64,000 nucleotides of DNA from Octopus sinensis (GCF_006345805.1 NC_043006.1:63860001-63924000); one strand, 5' to 3'; shown: positions 1 to 12,472, counted from the stretch's first letter. The notes: generated by a model not told the origin, from the letters alone. Made by a program: numbers and translations.

Positions 1-344
1 TAGTAGAAGACATCTGCCAAAGGTGCCATGCACTGGAACTGAACCCGGAACCATGTGGTTGGTAAGCAAGCTACTTACCACACAGCAACACCTAGAAATA
101 TTTTACATACTGCCAGTTTAAACAATGTAGGGCAGTAAACTGGCAAAATTGTTAGCTTACTAAACAAAATGCTCAGTGTCATTTCGTCCATTTTTATGTC
201 CAACCCATACCAGCATGGAAAATGGACGTTATATGGTGATGATGATGTAAAATTATTCAAACATTATGCATACACTGGTTTAGACATTGTAAGCACAGAG
301 GCTTAAATGCTGTGAAGATGTTGGTTTAGACCCGATGAGCACCA

Positions 345-772
345 TTCATGCATGTGTTGTTGCCAGTGCTGCCTAACTGGCTCCCCATGCTGGTGGCACA
401 TAAAAAGCACCATCTGAATGTGGTCGATGCCAGCCCCACCTTCCAACCCAACTGGTTCATATGCCGGTGGCACGTAAAAAGAACATGGCCAATGCCAGTG
501 CCACCTTACTGGTTCCCGTGCCAGTGGCATGTAAAAAGCACCATCTGAACATGTCTGTTGCCAGTGCCACCTGACTGGCTCCCATGCCAGTGGTACATAA
601 AAAGCACCCACTACACTCTCGGAGTGGTTGGCGTTAGGAAGGGCATCCAGCTGTAGAAACATTGCCAGATTTGATTGGAGCCTGGTGCAGCCTCCTGGCT
701 TGCCAGTCCCCAGTCAAACTATCCAACCCATGCCAGTATGGAAAACGGACATTAAACAATGATGATGATAAT
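345..772 (+). mobile_element. RTE-LINE 3' UTR/tail fragment (representative of many copies)
   Basis: Carries the AAAAAGCACC...GGAAGGGCATCCAGCTGTAGAAAC...CCAACCCATGCCAGCATGGAAA tail ending in (GAT)n. The same tail follows the RT-encoding fragment at 29212-30952. Confidence 0.75.
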
Positions 773-1995
773 GAATACGCTGATTTAAATACTATCGTGA
801 CACTAGTTTAACTTCTACAGAAACCTGTATATCAATGCCATAAGTACCAACACCAACACTGTAGATTTGCAAATACTCATAGTACAATGACACTAATGCC
901 AACACTGCAACCACACCAATACTACCACTGTAACAATGCTGATGCACCTAGCGATAGGAGTCACCACTTTACACATTGTCCATTTACTGTTTGATGATCT
1001 GTATTTGATCGTGATATTTGTTTAATTCATGGCCAAGTACACAATGTGAAAGGTGTATCATTATCATCGTTTATTGTCTGCTTTCCATGCTGGCATGGGT
1101 TGGACGATTTCACTGAGGTCTTGAGAGCCAGGAGGCCGCACCAGGCTCCAGTCTGATCTGGCAATGTTTCTACAGCTGGATGCCCTTCCTAAATGCCAAC
1201 CACTCCAAGTGTGTAGTGGGTGCTTTTTATGTGCCACCGGCACAGGAGCCAGTCAGGCAGCCCTGGCATCGATCACATTCGGATAAAATTTACAATGTAC
1301 AGTATTTGGTTTTATTTTACTTTGCATCAATGTTAATGTGAACATGTGTGGCCTAGTTGTTTGGGTGTTGCACTCACAATCACCAGATTGCCAGTTCGAT
1401 TCCTGGAGAGGGCTGCGTGTTGTGTTCTTGAGCAAAACGTTTCATTTCACATTGCTTTATTGCTGTGTGGGGACCAACATGTCAAAGAATGAACCTAGAG
1501 TTTTCTCTGCATGTTGTAAAGACTGACTAAAAGTGGTCGAGGCAGGATTTACACTTCATCTTTGTAAAACATTCACCAACAACCACCCAAACAGACCCAT
1601 GGATGTTTGAAGGGTTGTCACCCGGGTGGTGCAAAAAGTGCCATCCACCAGCAGTAGAAGGGAATTACCAACAAATGGTGGATGCAGTGACATGCTGCTA
1701 CAATGTAGACCTCCTTACTACTACTACTACTACTACTACTACTAATGTTATAACAGTACAACACAAAACAAAATAGTCATTACTGCTTGTATATCACACA
1801 CACACACACACACACACACATTTCAAATGAATACATAGATGCAATCATGTACTAACTGTTTAAATCTGTCATGTATCTCTCTCTCTCTCTCCCTCTTATG
1901 TATTTTACCCTCTTCTCCTCTCTCTCTCTTTCCCTCTTATCCCTCTTTGTATCACTCTATCTATCTATCTATCTATCTCTCCCTGTGCAACTCAG

Positions 1996-2110
1996 ATGAG
2001 AAGCTGATGGAGGACTTCAACTTGACCTTTATCCAAGCTTGGAAGACAACCCATAACTACCGATTGTGGCACAGCTGTAAACACCCTCTTATCGAGTCAG
2101 TCTCGCAGTC
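1996..2110 (+). CDS. AVL9: AVL9 homolog, internal coding exon
   Basis: CTCAG acceptor and GTAAGT donor, phase 1 to phase 2. Encodes (D)EKLMEDFNLTFIQAWKTTHNYRLWHSCKHPLIESVSQ(S), which resembles the AWKxTHNYRxW..KHP block of AVL9 as recalled. Confidence 0.85.
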
Positions 2111-2995
2111 GTAAGTACTGGTTTCTGTACTGGTGATGGTGGTTAGTGGGAGCAGCCGTAGAAGGGTGGGACAATGCTATGGTGACAGCTGTAGTTGTTG
2201 GTATGCTGGTGTTGATGGTTGTAGTGGTGGTGTTTAAAGGGAGGGTGCAGTTCGTAGTAGTAGGCATGAGTTGATGTGGTGATTGCTGAAATGGCAGCAG
2301 TGATCGTTGGAATGGTGTGGTTGCAGTAATTGGGGTTGTAAAGGTGAGGGTTTGAGTAGTAGTTACACTGTTGACCTTTGACCTTTCTCCCTTGAAATCT
2401 TGATCTACTTATCCTATCCCACTTCACCTACACTGCCCTGCCACATAACTAATTCTCTCCACTACTGACACACTAATATCCAGTCAATCTGCTAGAAATA
2501 ACAGTCAAATCTCTCTCAAATCATACCCCACCAGCTTAAATACGGAAGGGAATACATTGGGTAATGTACCTCTATATAAACTTTTAAAAAGGTGGGATGG
2601 TCACAGTTGGAACATCTTACATTATAAATCTACTTAATCAGGGCTGATTTGGAGCTAAACAGCAACAACCTACTGATTCCCATGCTATCTGATCCCTAAT
2701 TCCCTATATTTATTATCCCATTTATCTGAATGATATCACACTATTGCCTCACTAATAATCCCTTCTCTCTTGGCCTTCAACTATTTACATTACAGGAACG
2801 AGCCAAAGAAATGCCACAAAGGACAACACAGAGGCCACATAGAAAGCTCATTGACTTAAAAGGAAACATGACTGATTGGGTTTCAGTAGAATGCTGTTTG
2901 GACTTAGGCTGAGGTTTATTCAGCCAAGTTTGGGTCACTTGAATGAGAGAGTATGTTGAAAGAGCCAACAAACCCATTGATTCTTGAATACAACA

Positions 2996-3701
2996 TCTAT
3001 AAGAGTAAATGCCAAAACAAATTTCTGTGTGTCAGTGTGTCACACTTTGCCCCCACTCTCTCAGTATTCAGTGACATTTCTCCTGCTTAGGTGAGAGTAA
3101 TAGGGAGGTATAGAGACAGTGAGGGTGGTAGTAGATTGACGGTTTTGATAGTAATGGGGTGATAGTAATAGTATGAGCTGTAGTTGTGATAGAGGTGGTG
3201 GTGGTAGCCGAGGCGGTGATAGTAAGCGATGCAAAAGACAGTGGTGATGGTGATGGAGGGGAAGGTAGCGAAGTCAAAGATATTGATGGTGGTGGCGCCA
3301 GAAGTGTGAACTATGTGTATGGCAGTTGTGGTGACAATGGTCGTGGTGGTGGTCTTAGTGATGGTGATGGTTGAAAACAATCAACAGAAAGAGAGAGAGA
3401 GAGAAAGAGGTTAGACAGAAAAAAATGTATTGACCCCCGAATGGGAAGACAAAAAATGTTGTTTATCATGTAGCTTTGCAATAAGTTCCAAGTCGACAAA
3501 TTATATTGTTTTGATGAATATTGTTCATTGCTTGAAAAATATTGGTCAAGTTTAATAAAAATTTAATATGTGCTCAATGCACGAAGTGTCACTGTTGGGC
3601 CCAAAGCCCAATGAAGAGCCCTCCACAGGAATTAGCTTAAAAGCTGCCCGATAGTTGGCAATATGACCTGGTGTTGCATCTGTAGATGTATTTAAAACTA
3701 G
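2996..3701 (+). mobile_element. Non-autonomous Helitron-like element, copy 1
   Basis: A|TCTAT 5' end, CTAG|T 3' end, no TSD. About 650 bp homologous to 31760-32466. Confidence 0.6.
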
Positions 3702-4340
3702 TCACCCCACACCGTCACTATACTAAACCCCTACAACATCCCTAAACACAGTGTGTGTGCATGGTTTTAGGTTCAGTTCAGTTATGCCACACCTTAGGCA
3801 AGTGTCTTCTATGATAGTTTTGATCTGACCAAAGCCTCGAGTGAATTTGGTAAATAAAAACTGAAAGAAGCTTATTGTCTAAATACGTGTGTGTGCATGT
3901 TCATGTCTCCTTGTCGTAACATTATGTGCTGATTGTAAATAGACATCACTGTCATACAGGTGTCATTGTCTGTTTGAAATCTTCCATGAAAAACATGTCC
4001 AGCCATTGTGTTTGAAGGACTTAGGGGATGGGGGGAATTACCTTGCTTAGAAAATAGGTGAGGCTTGGCAACAAGAAGAGTATATGGCCATAGAAAATTT
4101 TCCTCAAATAATTTAGAATTTCATTTGGCCCAAGCAAGTATCGCAAAGTGGACATAATGTCCCTTTCATTGCCATATCTCAGTATAAATCCACTGCCTTT
4201 GTTTCAGTTTAGTAAAATAACTTTGTTGTTAAATTGGTGTTTGGAACAAATTAACATGAAATGACAGAAAGTTTTGGTTTAGATCACATTAAAACGGTAA
4301 TTTGGTGCCATGCAACCATGGGCAGTCTCAGGCAGGTTGG

Positions 4341-5155
4341 GGAGGGGCTAATGCAGTTTCGCACCTCTCCTTGAAAGGTGCATTTTTAAAAAAAAGTTTT
4401 TTCAGATTCCTACGTATAAGATGTTAGAGATTACAAATACGCAAAAAAAAATTGTTTTTTAACCACCACCACCACTACCACCCTCCGCTAAAATTTTGAA
4501 CTTTTCGAAATTTTTTTTCCCTATGCTTTAGATGATGGAGATTCTGAATATGCAAGAAACCACATCATCAAAATTTTAAACTCAATAAGCATATAGATAT
4601 GTGTATAAAGAGATAAATAGATATGAATATCCTCCTGGGGCTAAAAGCAAAAGTAACACCGTCTTCTATAGGACCGCCACATTTAGTTGACATATATATT
4701 TCATGAATAAACGGATAGGGATAAATAGATAGACAGACAAATAAATAAATGGATGAAAAAGTTCAAAATTTAAAATTGGGGAGGGGATGAAATTTGAGCC
4801 CCTTATTAAACTTTATAACATTAATTATTAAACATTAATGTTTGTTTCTCATAAAATGGTGTATATTTAATTTACATTTGATTATTATTTACGATTATTT
4901 AAGGCAAACACAAGTAAAACACAAATTCTTTTCATTTTAATGTTTATGTCTGGATTTAATTTCGATTTGCATGTGTTCAAAAATTTGCTACAATCTCTTT
5001 AAAGTAAACAAAATCAAAAATTTTATTTGGGGTTGGGGAATAAAAATTTTTTTTTGCATATTCGTAATCTCCAACCTCTAAAACATAGGAATCTGAAAAA
5101 AGTTTTTCAAAAAACTGCATTTTTCAAGGAGAGGCGCAAAACTGCATTAAGCCCC
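4341..5155. mobile_element. MITE with ~120 bp TIRs, GG termini and 8-bp TSD
   Basis: TSD CAGGTTGG at 4333-4340 and 5156-5163. TIR begins GGGGCT(T)AATGCAGTTT.GC.CCTCTCCTTGAAA. Confidence 0.8.
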
Positions 5156-5264
5156 CAGGTTGGTACCAAAAGGGTTAAAATGACGATGATGATCATAATG
5201 GTTAATAGTGGTGGGGACAGTGGCCATATATAATGATGATAATGATGATGATATCTACTTACAG

Positions 5265-5318
5265 ACATCCATTCCAAGGGCATTTGAATATGAGTGATCT
5301 TCGTGTGCGGTTGTCACA
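5265..5318 (+). CDS. AVL9: AVL9 homolog, 54-nt coding exon
   Basis: TTACAG acceptor and GTAAGT donor, phase 2 to phase 2. Encodes HPFQGHLNMSDLRVRLS(H), matching the AVL9 HPFQG..SD...R.SH motif. Confidence 0.85.
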
Positions 5319-5356
5319 GTAAGTCTGACTTATTTTCTACTCTCTCTGTCTCTTTT

Positions 5357-5388
<32 letters not shown>

Positions 5389-5475
5389 TCTTATGGTAAC
5401 ACAGTACACATCCTCTTGGCCACACTTATTGTTATATCCTTATGCCTCCAATATCATAGTATGGCTGACATTACA

Positions 5476-5822
5476 GTTCTATATTTAAGAGATGAAGAAT
5501 TATGTACATTATTTACATTTGACGGATATTTGTCCTCATCTTGTTTGTTATTAACACAATGTTTTGGCTGATATACTCTCAAGCTTTCATCAGGTGTCTT
5601 GGGGAAATTTCAAACCTGGGTCCTCATTCCTAAGGTATTTTTCCATGTTATTATTATTATGGTCCCTGCCTGGAATCAAACTCGGAATCTTGGGGTTATT
5701 AGCCCGCACTCTTAACCACTCTACCAAGACACCTGATGAAGGTTGGAGAGTATATCAGCTGAAACGTTGTGTTAACAACAAACAAGATGAGGACAAGTAT
5801 CCGTCAAATGTAAATAATGTAC
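5476..5822 (-). mobile_element. tRNA-headed element with Penelope-like (hammerhead-core) tail and an inverted tail copy
   Basis: tRNA-like head on the minus strand at 5661-5723. ~100 bp inverted repeats at 5504-5602 and 5724-5822 contain CTGATGA followed by GAAAC (right arm) or AAAAC (left arm). Confidence 0.55.
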
Positions 5823-6380
5823 GGTTGTTATTGTCAACGATAGATAAAAAATACATTGTAACAGTGTATTAACAATACAAAATAGAAACAGCGGCAGTAA
5901 CAAACGCAACGAACCAACATCCAACATCCTCACTCGAACTGTAAACTGTAACTGGACTTGGAAGACCAAACTACAAACTGCCAACTATGTCAGACCACTA
6001 CTACTTATATGTAGTGGTCCTGTCTATTCTCATCAGAGGATGTTATACTCTTGCCACAACACTTATACATATTCACGTTTATCAGTATTCCACCACCCAA
6101 ACTACACCACACCACACCATGTCACTAACTGCCACTGTAATGATTATTACAGTTCCATAGAATAGTGACTCTAATGCACAACTGCTCAGTGAAATACCTT
6201 CTACATCAGTGATGTTTAACTGGTGTCCATATGGCTCTCAGAGGTCCATATAAGATTTTGTTTTAAAAATTTATGTACAATAAATTGGTTATACATTTAC
6301 AATACACAAAATATTGTAATAACGTTTTACACAATTTCTAATAATACTTAATTCTTAGTCTACAATAAAGTTTTTTTTAA

Positions 6381-6568
6381 CCCTTTCATTACCGTATTTA
6401 TTTTGAGATGCTCTGTGTTTCTGTCAATAACTTAGTTATCATTAAGCTAGTGTTAGGAATATGGATTGTGACTAAGGTTTGGTGGAAGATTTTAATTCAA
6501 AACTTATGAAAACAAGATGTTTGTACTCAGAGCCAGAGACAGTTTCAGCTGGGTTGGTAATGAAAGGG
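6381..6568. mobile_element. piggyBac-type MITE
   Basis: TTAA TSD on both sides and a 13-bp TIR CCCTTTCATTACC. Confidence 0.8.
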
Positions 6569-7431
6569 TTAAACATTAAATTGCTATAAGGGTCCAATAG
6601 AGTAAAAAAGGAATCAAAGGGGGTCCATAGGTAAAAAAGGGTTGAGAAACACTGTTCTACATGGTCACTCAACCCATTAGAAATAACAACCAAATCTCAA
6701 CATATCACACCCTGCCATCTTTTTCTTGTTTTTTCTTTTATACAATTTTATCCCAAACATATCTTGAAGCCACTGTAGTGTAAGGAACTACAAAAAAGGA
6801 AAAGAAGGAGGTCTGCAAATTCAAAAGATGTTGATTGACATGAAATTTAAAAGTCTGAATATCATAGATTAGAGGAAAACAATATGGTTGTAGTGAGTTC
6901 CAGTGAGCAGAAGTTATTAGAAGAAAAGGTCTTAGGACTAAGAGGAAACTCTTAAAAGAAGATACATTGGAGGCATGCTGTAACAAAAGCTAAACAAGGC
7001 CTCACCACCAGTCATCTTACAGCATTAGGATAAAGATCCTTCCCAAGTCATATAAACTCAGAGGGTCAGTTTCTGGTGCATGTATTCCCCGCTGGACAGG
7101 ATGCTGGTCAGTCACAGGAGAATGCATTTTTGCCAGCTGAGTGGACTGAAGCAATGTGAAATGAAGTATTTTGCTCAAGAACACAATGCATTGCCCGGTC
7201 CAGGAATTGAAACCACAAACTTACGATCATGAGTCCAACACCCTAACCACTAAGCCACGTGCCTCCACTCTTACAGCATTGCCAGAAACTAACACTACTT
7301 CACTATACAACAATACTAAACCCTTTCTAACCCCACTTGCTTTCCTGTACCATCAGTACTATGAAACCTAAGCTACACTGTACAACATTGCTATGCTCCC
7401 TCTAACACATCTGCTTTTCTCTCCCCATCAG

Positions 7432-7520
7432 CACCATGCAGAGCACAGAGAAGGGTAAGAAACTAAATGCTGCTGTGTCCCAAACCGGGAAATATGTTGT
7501 ACAGACTGGCAAAGTATTTG
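7432..7520 (+). CDS. AVL9: AVL9 homolog, 89-nt coding exon
   Basis: Polypyrimidine-CAG acceptor and GTGAGT donor, phase 2 to phase 1. Encodes TMQSTEKGKKLNAAVSQTGKYVVQTGKVF(G), matching the AVL9 ..SE.GKK.....VVQTGK motif. Confidence 0.85.
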
Positions 7521-8267
7521 GTGAGTAGACTCAGTATTTCTTCTTTCTCACTTTGTAGTTTTCGTCTTTCCCCTCCACTTTCCCATCTTCTCCTACTTAC
7601 TTGTTTCTATTTCCTTTTTCTTCTCTTTCAATTTTCTTTCTCCTACTTATGCCTTTCCATTTTCCCATTTTTGTTTCATGGTGGTGATCATAATCATCGT
7701 CAGATAACTGGCTTGCCAGACCTCAGTCAAACCATTCAACCCATGCCAGCATGGAAAGCAGACACAAAAGAATGATGATGATGATGATGATAATTGTTGT
7801 TGTTTTGCTGCTATTACAACTGTCACCTTACCTGTTGCTTCATCTGCAGCCCAGGTGGAGTTCCATTCCAGAACATCATCATATACAACTCTGTCTGTGT
7901 GTGTGTGTGTGTGTGTTTGTGTGTGTGGTACTTGATATCCTTACTGGTGCTGGTGTCACGTAAAAGGTACCCAGTACACTTTGTATAGAAGTTAGCATTA
8001 AAAAGGGCATCCAGCCAGGCCCTTCGCTAGACTCCAAAATATTCTGGGTGAGCTCTAATTGTTGAAAACTGTATTTTCTAAATCTGGGAGTGCACATTTC
8101 GAATAGTGAATGGGGCTGTACTGTCCAATGCACCCTGTTAGTGATGGTCATGCATCCAGCCATAGAAACCATTCCAGAATAGATATTGTAGCATAGTACA
8201 GCTCCTGTTGACCTATCCAACCCACACCATCATGTAAAAGGGACATTGAATGAGGATGAGGATATAT

Positions 8268-8670
8268 ACAGGCATAGATGTGTGGTAAGAACCCTGCTTC
8301 CCAACCACATGGTTCCGAGTTTAGTCCCACTGCGTGGCACCTTGGCCAAGTGTCTTCTACTATAGCCTTGGGGCTGACCAAAAGCCTTGTGTGTGGATTT
8401 GGTGGACAGAAACTGAAAAAAGCCTGTCATATATATATATATATATATATATTTGTGTCTGTGTTTGTCCCTTCCCCCATCACTTGACAACCGATGCTGG
8501 TATGTTTACGTCTCCGTAACTTAGCGGTTTGGCAAAAGAGATCGATAGAATAAGTGCTAGGCTTACAAAGAATAAGTCCTGAGATCAATTTGTTCAACTA
8601 AATCCCCTTAAGATAGTACTCCAGCATGGCCACAGTCAAATGACCGACACAAGTAAAGGAATAAAAGAAT
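8268..8670 (+). mobile_element. tRNA-derived SINE, most abundant family (central AT/GT microsatellite)
   Basis: A-box/B-box-like head, GGCAAGTGTCTTCTACTATAGC core, central (AT)n and GAAACAAGTAAA-like tail. Many other copies on both strands. Confidence 0.8.
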
Positions 8671-9080
8671 GTATATGTATGTAAGTTATGGTATATTCCA
8701 TTTGCCAATGGTCCTTCAGCAACAACACACCCTGATAAACTCAGTGACCACTACTAAATTCAGACCACGACAGACAGAGAGGATGTTTTTGAAGTTGAGA
8801 ATTTGAACTTATGGAGACAACATTTACCTATTACCTGAGAAAACACAACCAGATCTCAAAATGCAGGGAAATGGTTGCATAATCAAATACCTGCACACCT
8901 GGAGAACTACATTGTGTAGAAAAAATTGTAATGATTGAAAATAGATGTCCAACCGTACTCCTTCTTTTTGGCTCCAAAATTTTGCAATTATATATATATC
9001 ACTATATAATAAAAGGGTAAAAATCATTAATGATTTATACCAAGTGGTCAGCGTGGAAATAAAACCTCATAGGTACATTT

Positions 9081-9513
9081 TATAAATAATTATAACAAGA
9101 GCTTGGCTTGTGCCTCACCACACACTGAAAAATAGACGTCAAGAGACACTATTACTACTATAAGTTCTCCGAGAGAAACACACTACATAAAAGGCTAGCA
9201 AAAGAAAGAAAAGGAATCAAATTTTCAGTTAACCGTGTACATGATCGTGTTTTGGACTTAAAGTAATAAAAAACATTACCTTTTGCCTTCATTAGTGTCG
9301 GTACTCCTGGCATAAATGTACAAGTATTTAATTTAAGCCCGAAACACGATCATGTACGCAATTAACGGAAGTCTTGATTCGTTTTCTTTCTTTTGCTAGC
9401 CTTTTATGTAGTGTGTTTCTCTCAGAGAACTTATGGTAGTAATAGTGTCTCTTAACATCTATTTTTCAGTGTGTGGTAAGGCACAAGCCAAGCCCTTGTT
9501 ATAATTATTTATA
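9081..9513. mobile_element. Fold-back MITE with ~185 bp TIRs and TA ends
   Basis: 9081-9265 is the reverse complement of ~9329-9513 at roughly 90% or better identity. TA dinucleotide ends suggest a Tc1/mariner type. Confidence 0.75.
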
Positions 9514-10329
9514 TCACTGTATATTTATCATGATTCCTTTCAGCAATGAGTGTTCTCATATTTCATCTGTTCATTGTTCATTCATTTGAACAACTTCCTT
9601 AATGTGCAAGTGGTTGAGTATACCACAGACCTTTCTACTCTTAAAGTAGTCGAAACAGAATGTTTCTTTGCTGTTTTTTTTCATTTTCATTTGGACAAGG
9701 TTTTTCCAGGTTGTCATGCAACAATGAGATTGGTGCTATTAATGTACCTCTTGAACCTTTGTAAGTCAATACCTGCAGGAATAGTATTTCAGAGAGCCAA
9801 CATTCTAGTGGGTGAAAGGCTATAATGATTAGTGCTGAGCCTGGGGGAGAGGTCACAACAAGGGTGACGTGAGGAGAGAAGAGGGTGGGTATAAAAGCTT
9901 GAGTGGAGACGACATGAGCCCAGCTTGCTCTGTTGAGTAGAGGCCATTTATAGTAGTGAGAGAAAAGGTAGAGAGAAGGAACAGTGTACCCATGGTGGGC
10001 CTGAGGCTGATGTACGTCTGTGACAGAAAATAAGCATGAGACTGTCTCACTGACACTTGTAATGTAACCCTTAAGTAGATTATTGCACAGGGCCTCATGC
10101 CATAAACTAAAATACTCGAGCAGACACAGTATCACACGATACATGACAAGGCTGGCTTTTTGAATTAGATGGAGCAGGTACAGATGTGGCTGTGTGGTTA
10201 AGAAGGTTATTTCCGAACCACATGGTTGAAGATTCAGTCCCACTGCATGCCACCTTGCATAAGTGTCTTCTGTTATAATTTTGGGTTAACAAAAGCCTTG
10301 TGAATTGATGGAGTTAACAGAAATTAAAA

Positions 10330-10591
10330 GGTACCCATTTTATGTGTTGCCGGTAGCACGTAAAAGGCACCAACTGATCATGGATGTTGCCAGCCTCCTC
10401 TGACCCCTGTGCCAGTGGCACATAAAAAGCACCGACTACACTCACGGAGTGGCTGGCGTTAGGATGGGCATCCAGCTGTAGAAATACTGCCAGCTCAGAT
10501 TGAGCCTGGTGCAGTCTCCTGGCTTCCCAGACCCTGGTCAAACCATCCAACCCATGCTAGCATGGAAAACAGACGTTAAACGATGATGATG
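10330..10591 (+). mobile_element. RTE-LINE 3' tail fragment
   Basis: Same tail motifs as 345-772, ending in (GAT)n. Confidence 0.7.
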
Positions 10592-10759
10592 ATATGTATA
10601 TATATGCATGTGTGTATCTTTCTCAACACATAATTATTTTTAATTAGATTTTTTTTTTATGTTTCCTGCATTAAATACTCATTAACTATGATTGATGCTT
10701 TTTGCTTCATTCCAACATCTTTTCTGTTCACCTTTGTGTTTTTTTTTCTTCTCTTGCAG

Positions 10760-10983
10760 GTGGCGCCATCACCTCTGCTAAGTCAGCCATGAGCTCATGG
10801 TTCAGCAGTTTTACCACAGAATGGAAACACCCCGAAAAGGATGGAATAGATGATGATGTTAACTGTGATAGGGAAGAAGACAGCGATGGAAATGGGGATG
10901 GGGATGGAGATGGTGATGGTGCTGATGATGGGAATGTTAGTGGCAAAGATGATGGTGATGATGCTGGCAGTCAACATGACTGA
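10760..10983 (+). CDS. AVL9: AVL9 homolog, terminal coding exon with acidic Asp/Gly tail
   Basis: Strong acceptor TTTTTTTCTTCTCTTGCAG, phase 1. Encodes (G)GAITSAKSAMSSWFSSFTT, matching AVL9 C-terminal GGAFSSAKTAMSSWLSTFTT as recalled. TGA at 10981-10983. Confidence 0.85.
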
Positions 10984-12135
10984 ATCTCTCTCTCTCTCTC
11001 TCACACACACAAACATTCTCTTTATTTCTCTCCTCCTGTCTTCATGCTTTCCCCTCTCCCTTTTCCTTTAAACACTCCATTCTCCCTCTCATCATCACTT
11101 ACCATCTCTCCCTCTCCCTCTAGCCCTCTTCCATCTACATACACGCAACACACACACATACAAATACCTACAATGCCAGTTCATATTTTGGAATTGTTAA
11201 TACAAAAATGAACTTCCATTTTACCCTCACCCCAATCTACAAGATGCAATTTCATAGCCAATGGCAGGTTGGAGATCAAGGGTCAGTGTGAATTTGCAAC
11301 TTTTAGTGCTAGATATCTGGCCCAAGTCCCAGTTATGGGTGAGTTCTATTGAATTAATGCTACATTTGATGATAATAATTGTTAATAGCAATCATATCTA
11401 AATATCGCAAGACAGCTTCTTGAAGCTGAGCCGACCAGCTGGAGACCTAGGGCAAGATGGTTGGATTATTTCTGTAGTCTCAGTTGTTCATTTGTAGGAA
11501 TTCAGCTGGAAAGTGTAATGATGGTTGCTTCGGATAGGACCCCATGGAAGAAGTGCCTAAGGACTCAACTGCCACCCAGGAATTAGTGGGCAGAGAAAAA
11601 AAATGGTCACAAATTTTTGGTAGACGGGTGAGGGTGGGGGAAGTGCAATACGGTTGATTAAATCAATCGACACAGTATATGACTGGTATTTACTTTATTC
11701 ATACCCTACCCTGATTTTTACTTTATTCATACCCCACCCACTCACCCACCTCATCTCTAGAAATCCAAACAGCAAAGGTAACAATCGATGGGATTTGAAC
11801 TGAGAATGTAACAGGATGTATTTAAACATGAATTCTGCCATTTGCTACTTTAATAATAATAATAATGATAATAATAATAGTGATAATAATGGTTTCAAAT
11901 TTGACACAAGGCCAGCAACTTCGGAGGTGAGGATAACTCGATTACTTTGACCCCAGTACTCAACAGGCACTTAATTTATTGACCCTGAAAGGATGAAAGG
12001 CAAAGTCAACCTCAGCTGAATTTGAACTCAGAACATAAAGATGCCACTATGCATTTACCCAACATGCTAATGATTCTGCCAGCTTGTCACCTTATTAATA
12101 ATGATAATTATTATTATTATTGTCATTGTTGTTGT

Positions 12136-12472
12136 GAAGGTGCATGGCTCAGTGGTTAGAGCATCGAGCTTATGATTGTGAGGTTGTGAGTTCGATTCCT
12201 GGACCGGGCTGCGTATTGTGTTCTTGAGCAAGACACTTTATTTCACGTTGCTCCAATTAACTTAGCTGTAGAAATGAGTTGTGACGTCACAGGTGCCAAG
12301 CTGCATCAGTCCCTTTGCCTTTCCCTTAGATAACATCAGTGGTGTGGAGAGGGGAGGCTGGTATGCATGAGCGACTAGTGGTCTTCCATAAACAACCTTG
12401 CCTGGACTTGTGCCTCAGAGGATAACTTTCTAGGTGCAATCCTGTGGTCATTCATGATCGAAGGGGGTCTCT
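12136..12472 (+). mobile_element. tRNA-derived SINE, second family, near full length
   Basis: TGGCTCAGTGG A-box and GTTCGATTC B-box head, followed by the GTGTTCTTGAGCAAG core and a family-specific tail. Confidence 0.75.

Noticed and set aside
2776-2912. Possible exon after TTACAG
   Set aside because: No convincing donor, and there is no gap in the AVL9 alignment to fill.
3186-3374. Gly/Asp-rich ORF as an extra AVL9 exon
   Set aside because: It lies inside the Helitron-like repeat duplicated at 31760-32466, and the four AVL9 exons already join in phase without it.
9641-10243. 200-aa minus-strand ORF, or a solo LTR suggested by GGGTATAAAAGC
   Set aside because: It has a non-ATG start, overlaps a SINE and has no recognisable domain. 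I found no TG...CA ends with a TSD to support an LTR.
12136-12210. tRNA genes (also at ~1342, ~47285, ~55725, 5661-5723)
   Set aside because: These are A/B-box heads that run into SINE bodies, without intact acceptor and anticodon stems.
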